A stretch of 19,142 bases of DNA from contig NW_021824327.1 of NCBI RefSeq assembly GCF_006345805.1, positions 1 through 19,142 of the forward strand, written 5' to 3'. This document shows, in pieces, positions 10,870 to 19,142 of this stretch. The position numbers and the translations under genes were made by a program. Source of the stretch: Octopus sinensis (taxonomy: Eukaryota). Below the pieces are notes generated by a model. The model was not told where the DNA came from. It ran no database searches and saw only the letters and a program-made list of their open reading frames with translations. Each line of letters begins with the position of its first letter. The stretch's first letter is position 1.

Positions 10870-11089
10870 AACATTTGAAAGCCAACTGTTATCCTTGGTT
10901 GTTCATTGTCGTGAACATCTCTTAGGTAGAAACTCAGAGTGGACTGTAAACTTTTGATATGATAAATATATGTATCCACTCTACTCAATGTGCTGAGTTC
11001 GATATCAATAATGATAGCGTAATGTAAAAGATATATTTCATATACTTCGCAGCCCAAACTATACTATACTATATTATATATATATAAAT

Positions 11090-12389
11090 ATACTAGCAAA
11101 CGCAGCCATCTTTTGGGTGGTTTAAGTTGCTTTCGTATTTTTTCACCACATAATTGAACTACCGAGAAGATTTATGTGTAGCATGGCAATCTGTTTCCGA
11201 TTAACCTAGGAACGGAAAATTAAATTGAAGGCTGGTTATTGTGGAAGTCGTTGCACTTTGATTATCATAGAACATATAAGTTTGCAAGCGATGTAAAGTA
11301 GAGCTACTGAAGTGTTTTGGGAGTAGATAACGGATTATGACTACAAAATATAGTTGTTTTACATGAAAACGAAATTTTTTGTCAGAAACAGCCGCATAAA
11401 TGGTGTAAGGAAATTGAAAGACGATGTTGAAACTTCCCCTCTGCGAGTTTATTTTTTTCAACAGCAAAGGGGGCTATTTTTTCGGAGAGAAATGCTAACA
11501 AAAGCCCCTTTATTCTATCTTCCCACATAGCGTGCATATAGACTAACAGCGAATGCTGCATAAAGTTAAATCGGTATGGAGCTTCCTGAAAGATACGCAT
11601 AACGTTCGCTAGTGGAAGCAAAACTCTTATTTAAAGGTTGATTCTTTGGGACGAATCATATATTGTTTAAAAAAGGCTAGAATGGTAATGCTAAAACCTA
11701 TTTGAAACAATGGACAGCAGTCGACATATCATAATGGCTGGGTAAAGAAGCATCCTTAAAGTGAAACAACGGTATCAAAGGTTAAAAAAAAGGTATCAAC
11801 AATCAGAAGAGAGGGAAGGGAACATCACCTTTCAAGTAACTCAGAATAGGCAAAGGTAAGCTTGCCAAAGTTTAATGCTGTTTCAATATGTAGATTAAGA
11901 TAGTTTGGTATTGGATATTCATCACGTATAGTTTTCCTAGTCAACTGAATCACCGCCGTAAGTGGACAGCAGAAATAAATAGACGAAATCTTTTCACTTT
12001 TATAAAAAGACTAAAAATAAAATGGGGCAAAAAGCACTCGTTATTTCACAATGAAAACTCGTTTCCTAGTAGCCGGAATTTCGCGAAAACATGTATGTTT
12101 ATTAAGCACAACAACCTGCGGTGCATGCCGCTGGGCATTAAAAGCCAATCGCACAAACCTAGAGGGGTTCTGGGCCCCATTGAATCGATAAAAAATCACT
12201 CTTTTTGTCATAGCAACCACATCTTTATAGCTTGCGAATTTTAACCATCGCGAGTCTCATCCTCACGACGCATTTAGTATCCCTGCCAATTTTCAGCTCG
12301 ATCCTAGCTTCGGTTTGGCCACCATTAACCGTCAAAGCAAAATGTGCATACAATTTCGTCCAAGGACTGTTTTATATATATATATATAA
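11090..12389 (+). mobile_element. Putative non-autonomous Helitron-like (Lep1/HINE-type) element
   Basis: 5' ATACTAGC plus small hairpin AGCCATC/GGTGGTT (11104-11122); distal TGCCAATTTTCAGCTCGATCC..CGGTTT (12284-12316); TTTTATATATA end. These motifs are typical of such elements, but continuity between the two ends is not demonstrated. Confidence 0.33.
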
Positions 12390-12908
12390 GAAACGATCAT
12401 TTTCCGTTCACTAAATTTCGCTCAAAAGTACTGATGAACTCGAGGCTATGGAAAAAGACCTTTGTCCTATGTAGCTTAATCAGATCGAACTTAGTACTGC
12501 GTGGTTGCGTACGTTTTTTTTTTCGTTTCTTTTGTTTTTGTTTTTTTTTAGCCTACAGATATATCACCATATTCAAAATATTTTAACGTAATTAAATTAT
12601 TTATGCCATAAATTGAACGACTATACAAAAAGATGATTGAATTACTGTAAACAGTGGAAATATTGCCAAACTGACAATTAATTTATGACTGTACTTCTCA
12701 AGTGGTGGCAAATTATATATGACCATTGGACATAAAGAGAGTGGGAGATCGACTCATAGATGCATAAGCACAGTTGTTTTGATTTGTCGTCTATATAAAT
12801 ATTAACTTTCATTTTTTTTATTTAACAGGATAAACTGCTTATTTGCTAATCATATACACGACAACCGTAACAATAACAACATCAACAATAATAATATTTT
12901 ATACTATT

Positions 12909-13055
12909 AGCACAAGGCCTGGAATTTTGGTGCAGGTGCAAGTCGATTGCATCGATCTCAGTGCGCAACTGGTATTTATTTCATCGACCATAAAAAGATG
13001 GAAGGCAAAGTCGAACACGGTGGAATTTGAACTAATAACGCAAAGGCAGACGAAA
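12909..13055 (-). mobile_element. Old, 5'-truncated copy of the SINE family at 3827-4047
   Basis: AGTCGATTGCATCGATCTCAGTGCGCAACTGGTATTTATTT..GGCAAAGTCGAACACGGTGGAATTTGAACT aligns to 3878-3970 with many substitutions. It has a different 3' segment and no A box. Confidence 0.85.
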
Positions 13056-13290
13056 ACGTTTCTTATATTCCTATAGTTAAAGTTATACTACATAAATTCA
13101 GATCAGGCAAAACTTCAACGAACACGGATCCTACATATCGTCCAATATTTTTCCAATAATGTTGTACACAGTTCAAATTTCAGACCCAGAGGTGCGCATG
13201 TACACATATGTTGACTCAGGCAAACCCACATATACATGCACACGTTCTTTCACTGAACCTCACTTAACATTATACAAAGCCTTCGACTGA

Positions 13291-13782
13291 CAAAGAAGCC
13301 TTCACTTATCAAATCCTTTATGTTTGCACGTATCTGAGCTGTATTTTTCTCTCTGACTTCTCCTGCGGCAACCAATGTTCCTATGTCCCAAAGAACTTAA
13401 CTTCTACCTCGTATTACCTTTTTTTTTTGTCAACTCACACATTATGTGTAAGGTTACACATTTTACTGCTATCTTCACCACTCCCTTTTCAAGAAACTAC
13501 TGAACTCATAAATTTCAAATCAATCAGCAACTTCATTACTGTATGGTTTCTGCTCAATCTCGATCGAATAGGATCTACGATCAATTACACTCCACTCATG
13601 AGCGTCTTGTCGGTTTAGACACAGTTTATCTTAGGTCCCTTAAAATATAATCTGTATTCAGCTTGATACGAGGAATATTTGGAACATAGGAACAATGTCT
13701 GTCACAGGATATGGCAGAAAGAGAGAAAATACAACTCAGATATGTGAAAACATAAGGATTTGATAACTGAAGGAATATTTTG
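13291..13782. repeat. Diverged long inverted repeat, arms 13291-13415 and 13666-13782
   Basis: The reverse complement of the left arm (TTTGGGACATAGGAACA..AAAATACAGCTCAGATACGTGCAAACATAAAGGATTTGATAAGTGAAGG) aligns to the right arm (TTTGGAACATAGGAACA..AAAATACAACTCAGATATGTGAAAACATAAGGATTTGATAACTGAAGG), roughly 80% by eye. Confidence 0.88.
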
Positions 13783-14289
13783 TTGATATATTTAACAGTC
13801 GTGTAACCACGTAGAGTCATCGAAATTCACACTGAGACAGGTTCAAAGAACCTCACTCACTGAAGTCATGCTCAAAGATTTATAAGGGACATGGAAAGGT
13901 TATGAATTGTTCTTCCAACTGAGACTAAATTTTAACTCCTAATTTAGAGTCACGATGATGCCATGCTAATTGAAATAATAACCGTAGAATTATATCTATA
14001 AAAACATAGTTAATTATAAGCGGTAAGTCCAGAATCACCCCCAGTGAGTCTTGCTAATTCTCTCCTCAATCAACCAGGAATTAGTGACAACCTGAGCACG
14101 AAATATGTGGAAAAAGTTTCACCCATTAATTTACTGACGATCAAATATGACTTTGGTGCTAAATTTGGTCAATACGAATGCAAATTCAACAAATTTTGAC
14201 GAATTCCACCATCTATCGTGTGATTACATAGCAAAACGTTTAACCATAGCTGATTTGTCACGAAGTCATGGAATCAAAGCATTTTACTG

Positions 14290-14810
14290 ATGTCTCGAAT
14301 TTCTCACTGTATTTTTATCCGTGTGGTTTTGTTTTTGTTGTGTTATTTTTTCCTTTACATTTCTGTTAAATTTTTCACAAATTCTTCTCTCTCTCTCGCT
14401 CTCCACCTTCACTCGAAGCTATTTTCACACAATTACCAAATACATTTTCCTTCTTTTTACTTCATTATATATTCGTTATCTTTCTTTTCTATATTTCGTT
14501 CTTTATATTTTATTTCATCGATTTCCTTCTTTGTCACAGCTCTACTCCTTTTCTTTCATCAGTACCCCCCTCTCTCTCTCTCTCTCTCTCTCTCGGTCTC
14601 CCTCTTCGTCTTGTCCTGAATACTTCTCAGTCAAAATTTTTCTTGTTTTTTTTCCTTCTGCCTGCTTCTTTTAACTTCTGCTCCCTCCGTCTTCTGCTTC
14701 ATCGTTATATCATTATCATCTTTTGCTTTTGTTTCTTCTTTTTATTGTTTTTTTCTTTTGCTTCTTCTGTTTCTACTTCTTCACTGTAATGCCGTGTGCT
14801 GCTCTCTCAC
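14290..14810. repeat. Pyrimidine-rich low-complexity tract with (CT)n runs
   Basis: Strong C/T bias on the + strand; explains the F/S/L-rich spurious ORFs. Confidence 0.8.
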
Positions 14811-14814
14811 TCAA

Positions 14815-14903
14815 TACCACTACCACTACTACTACTACTAATAATAATAATAATAATAATAACAATAATAATAACAACAACAACAACAACAACAACAATA
14901 ATG

Positions 14904-14943
<40 letters not shown>

Positions 14944-14968
14944 TGATGATGATGATGATGATGACGAT
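14815..14968. repeat. Compound trinucleotide microsatellite (ACT)(AAT)(AAC)(AAT)(GAT)
   Basis: Directly visible in-phase trinucleotide blocks. Confidence 0.97.
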
Positions 14969-15689
14969 ACCTTTTCATCTTTTTCTCCTCTTCCTCATCA
15001 TTATTTTCTTTGATAGATGCAAATATTTTTTGTTTCCTATTCATTTACATTCTCTATTTTGATGTCATTTATTTATTTCTGTTGTCTATTATTCTTACTG
15101 AAATCATTTGTCATTCCATGACCAATATAAACCGACAGTACTATATATTTTAGTAAAAAATAAAAAAAAACAATTCCTGCATCACTTGTTCTTAGCTACC
15201 ACTACTACTGCTGCTGCTGCTGATATTACTTATACAACTAACTATAGTAAGCATTAAAGCACATAATTTATTACGCCTCTAACATCGATAGAACATAGGA
15301 CTCTTGTGCTGTGTTTAGTTTTGTTCGTAAATATACGTTCAAATCTTAATAAATACTTTACACAAACATTGTCTTCTAACAAAACATCGGGCTGCTGACA
15401 CAAGCACTATAAGAAAAAGAAAAAAGTGGTTGAGAGCATTCTAGTATTATTAAATCTTCATTCGGTTTAATATTGCGATTTAGGCATTAAGCTTGTTTAG
15501 AACCGTTTCTTCTTTGTTTCCCACACCTGTTTTTGAGTCTCTGAAGGAGTTTATAAGCATTACTCTTCCTCCACTGGTTGAGTCATTAAATATATTCAAT
15601 GAAGTAAAGTGTTGATGACGTATACCGGTAGCAATTTTCACTTTTAAATGTCTTCCCATGCTAAGATTTCCCTATACATATTTTTCATT

Positions 15690-16180
15690 CATACTTACTG
15701 ATGTTTATCCGTAGGACAGCCTTCATTAAACATATATCAATAATCGAATATCAGTAGGGCACTTTAACAAGTTACACCCTAACCATAACCCAAACTGAAA
15801 TAATCTTCTACACAGGGAATGATACTACAGCTGCATGCACAAATATCCTAGACCGCATCTAGAAAAGGACAGCCCGGTTAATTGACATGAAACCGTAGAC
15901 AAGCTTCAGCGTCTGGCCTATAAGCGTGATGTTTTCTCTCTCGACATTTTCTAGCTTTACAGTAATGACAGTTTATACCGCCTCTGCCCAAGCATTCCCG
16001 AATAATATATCTTTCCCCTCCTCATTGCCCTTGCTTTGTCCACCCACTCCTAGATCCTGTACTAGTACCTATACCCAGCTCTTCCTTACCAGAATGTCAA
16101 CATTCTGGAACTCCCTCTTAATTCAAGTTATTTATTTTTTCTGCTGATGTTGACTTGGAATGGTTGACTTGGATGTTGAC
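15690..16180 (+). mobile_element. CR1/L2/Jockey-group LINE ORF2 C-terminal relic
   Basis: Broken peptides PKLK*, LDRI*KRTARLI (15848-15883), LQRLAYKRDVFSL and FLTRMSTFWNSL (16082-16117) match the conserved post-RT series RP.LEY / LD.IQ.RA.RLI / L.PL..RR.VASL / SFF.RT..LWNSLP. Confidence 0.8.
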
Positions 16181-17277
16181 TATATATGTTCTTCTATTCA
16201 AGAAGAACATTAAGCAGCAATTTCACCAGTCTTGGAGGATCTGCTAATGCCACAAGGTCTGCCATTCCCCCGACCCAGAAAGTCAAAAGCATGACCATTG
16301 TACGTCATTTTTCAAATACTTTGTACCTAAGAATACATTATCGAACATGTTGTCTTGAAGACTGCAGAGTGGCATTTGAGACAGATGTACTTTATTAAGC
16401 AGCTGAAAAACGATCTTAGACTAACCTTGTGTACGCAGTTTAATTTTCAGTAATAATTTGTATGTGGAGTTCGGAGGTCTTCTGCAGGGAAATCGAGCTG
16501 AAAGTGGAGAGAACACCCAGTAATCTTCGTGCGAACTTACAGCAGAATTCGTCGATTTACTGAAGAATGAGTCTCCACCTGCAATTTAAGTAATATGGAG
16601 TATTAGCAATACCACGCCTTAAATATTCTGATTTGCTGACAGCTGTTAAGTGTCCTAAGCGAATTGTTTAGACGACGCTACCATTCTCCTCCAAAATGTT
16701 GTCATAGTTCTTTCTAAAGTAGAGGATTCCTTTCTTCTGAATTGTTGGAATCTCATTTCTTGAAATGCTGAAGATATTTTTCAGCTTTCATCTCAGGAAG
16801 ATCATGCTCCGAAAATCCATTGGTTCGAATTTTATTCGTGATGTTGCGATTCAGTCTCGTCAACGTGGGCACGGTTCACCGTGTGCTTTGGACTGACGGT
16901 GTAATAACTCTTGTCGTCCTCAACGTTCTGCAGTCTGAATGCCTTGCATAAGCATACGTTTCTAGCAATGCTGACTGCTTCTTTCCCCCACCTCTAGCGG
17001 AAAGTCCATAGCAGTCACAACTATAGCTATGGATATTATGGATCTTGCCACAATACTCTTCATGAGTACTATATATTTGATGGGGAAATTTCACATGGTG
17101 AATCTCATCCTCAGCAAATCAACTTGCAACGTTACAAGATTAACAACTCCTACTGGTATTCGATAATACACCATTGTTATTCACACTTGCTAACACATTA
17201 CAAATATTACATTACGATGTGTGTGCGGGAACAGTTATTGTATGTATATATAAATCAAGATTTGTGTATGTTTTTAT

Positions 17278-17286
17278 AAATATATG

Positions 17287-17317
<31 letters not shown>

Positions 17318-17475
17318 GTAAATATTTATATATATGCATATATACACACATGTTATGTGTGTGTATGCAGATATATGTATGTATATATTATATATATTAT
17401 ATATATATATATACATACATACAAATACATACACACACATATATATATATTATATATATATACATACATACATAC

Positions 17476-17544
<69 letters not shown>
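17278..17544. repeat. Compound TA/TACA/CA microsatellite tract
   Basis: Directly visible. Confidence 0.95.
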
Positions 17545-17549
<5 letters not shown>

Positions 17550-17632
17550 AGAATGGAGGGAACCAAGTGATAGTATTCATCAGCTGTTAGACATTATATT
17601 ATGTCTATTTATTTATTTTAAACAGTTCAGAT

Positions 17633-17677
<45 letters not shown>

Positions 17678-18024
17678 ATATATATAATATATTATATATG
17701 CATAAATTAGACCTATGAACATCTTGGACTATCTTATAAAACTCTCTGGCGAAGCCTAGAGGCACACCCAAGTACCCTAATTTTATCTACAGATCACTAA
17801 AGTACACTGAAAAGATGGAAATGAGATGTGGTGTACTGTGACCTCTTAGCAGAAACAGCTGTAAGAAACTTGCTCTTCTGTCTCTATTCTACAAATTACT
17901 CGTACTTTACACATGTATTTATATATATTATCTGAACTGCTTAAAATAAATAAATTGAAATAGCGTAATGTCTAACAGCTGATGAATACTACCTCTGGAT
18001 TCCCTCCATTTTCTTCTTGCCATA
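17543..18024. repeat. Long inverted repeat, arms 17543-17633 and 17929-18024
   Basis: The arms share a perfect 25-nt core (TAGTATTCATCAGCTGTTAGACATT, 17571-17595, vs 17967-17991), ~85% identity overall by eye, with a 5-nt indel. Confidence 0.92.
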
Positions 18025-18146
18025 GATACTATCCCTTTGTTGGTTGGGTTCACAACCTCTAAATCTCTTTGAATGTATATATATAGATCGGTAGCCACTA
18101 CACATTTTTTCTCTCCCTGTTTCTCTCCTTGTTTCTTTCTGTGTTC

Positions 18147-18177
18147 CTTTCTGTGGAAGATCATAGACTCGAAGCGT
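18147..18177 (+). ncRNA. Heavily degenerate hammerhead-like remnant in a short repeat (~18040-18230)
   Basis: CUUU-[CUGUGGA]-AGAUCAUAGACUC-GAAG-CGU. Both core halves are mutated and the downstream stem I partner is absent. Confidence 0.3.
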
Positions 18178-18280
18178 TTCCACACCACCAGTCTTCGTCT
18201 TTTGTTTTTGTTCGTGACTCCTCCCTATATACATATATACATATATATGAATATATACATATATAAATATAATATTATAT

Positions 18281-18631
18281 TAAATTAGAGATAAAACCAC
18301 TATTAGGCAAATCATACAATGAAAAACTTAAGCCAATACATAAGATTAATTAATTTATATTATTTTAAATATATATCAAAATTATTAAAAAAAGATAATT
18401 AGTATAACATTGATTAAACCTCGCTAAGTTAAATATTTAAATCACCTGAAGAATGACTGTAACTCGAAATTTTGAGAATCGGACATCCATGAAACGATTG
18501 TAGTGTTATACTAATTATCTTGTTTTAATAATTTTGATATATATTTAAAATAATATAAATTAATTAATCTTATGTATTGGCTTAAGTTTTTCATGTATGA
18601 TTTGCCTAATAGTGGTTTTATCTCTAATTTA
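18281..18631. repeat. Near-perfect foldback: 130-nt arm (18281-18410) and 129-nt arm (18503-18631) around a 92-nt loop
   Basis: I count 3 differences between the arms: one 1-nt indel, one internal mismatch and one terminal mismatch. Confidence 0.97.
18443..18505 (+). ncRNA. Minimal type I hammerhead ribozyme, intact catalytic core
   Basis: CAC-[CUGAAGA 18446-52]-AUG..CUCGAAAUUUUGAG..CAU-[GAAA 18491-94]-CGAUUG-UA|GUG. Stem I is CAC/GUG, extended by UAA/UUA past a 2-nt bulge. Stem II is closed by AUG/CAU. Stem III ACGAUUGU is one base from a palindrome. Predicted cut after A18502. Confidence 0.75.
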
Positions 18632-18708
18632 TAAATATAAATTTTACTATAAAATTGGATTCAATCCTAAATCTGATTTTCCCTGTAAGTTTGGATTTAT
18701 TCCCTAAT

Positions 18709-18710
18709 AT

Positions 18711-18746
<36 letters not shown>

Positions 18747-18790
18747 ATATATATATATAATATATATATATAATATATATATATATATAT
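18709..18790. repeat. (TA)n microsatellite
   Basis: Directly visible. Confidence 0.95.
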
Positions 18791-18996
18791 AGAAAGATGA
18801 ATAATCTTGTGCAGATTAATCAAAAGTTTAACCGATACCTTGGTAGCAAAAACCACAGCAGAAGAACGCACGGTTGGAGGTACAACCATATGGTGTTGCA
18901 ACCTGTGATGGTGCGGATAATGAATTTTATTTTAATATTATTAGTGAATTGAAGAGAAATGGAGTTGAACGAAGATTGAACAGAAATCCTTTTATT

Positions 18997-19080
18997 GCAT
19001 TCTACACGTGTTTCGAAAGCCACAATTTACCAAATTCCGATTGAATAAGGAGACCATATTGTGTCTTTCTCTTCATAATG
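18997..19080 (-). ncRNA. Minimal type I hammerhead motif, near-intact
   Basis: Minus strand reads CAUU-[AUGAAGA]-GAAAG-A-CACAAU..AUUGUG-G-CUUUC-GAAA-CACGUG-UA|GAAUG. Long stem II and perfect palindrome ACACGUGU. C3 is replaced by A, and stem I CAUU/AAUG is one nucleotide out of register. Confidence 0.7.
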
Positions 19081-19142
19081 AGAAGAAATAGGAATTCCGT
19101 TGGCAGAACAAAAACAGAACAGAGGCGCAGCAAAACAAATCG

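Noticed and set aside
15926-16147. 73-aa ORF as a host gene
   Set aside because: It is part of the CR1/Jockey-group LINE relic.
16949-16982. Minus-strand AAGCA-GUC-AGCAUUGCUA-GAAACGUA|UGCUU hammerhead-like geometry
   Set aside because: Stem I and the GAAAC-GUA half fit, but the CUGANGA core is entirely absent.
98-18901. Most ORFs in the supplied track (poly-YI, HT, CV, Y, N, FL-rich)
   Set aside because: They are translations of microsatellites or low-complexity tracts, with no splice or homology support.

Overview
AT-rich, microsatellite-saturated eukaryotic DNA with no intact protein-coding gene that I can support. Most listed ORFs are translations of (TA)n/(CA)n/(GTA)n tracts. The SINE families and repeat landscape match my recollection of octopus (cephalopod) genomic DNA; this is an inference, not a database result. 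The window is mostly transposon debris: four tRNA-derived SINE copies (one young with a 12-bp TSD, one with a V-domain-like block), 3' relics of an RTE-type and a CR1/Jockey-group LINE, a ~1.1-kb decayed R4/Dong-type RLE retrotransposon plus a smaller fragment, a Tigger/pogo remnant, and HINE/Helitron-like pieces. The most interesting signal is a set of six minimal type I hammerhead-ribozyme-like motifs in short non-coding segments beside (TA)n tracts. One (18443-18505) has an intact catalytic core and sits in the loop of a ~130-bp near-perfect foldback whose right arm starts exactly at the predicted cleavage site. Two more long inverted repeats occur at 13291-13782 and 17543-18024.
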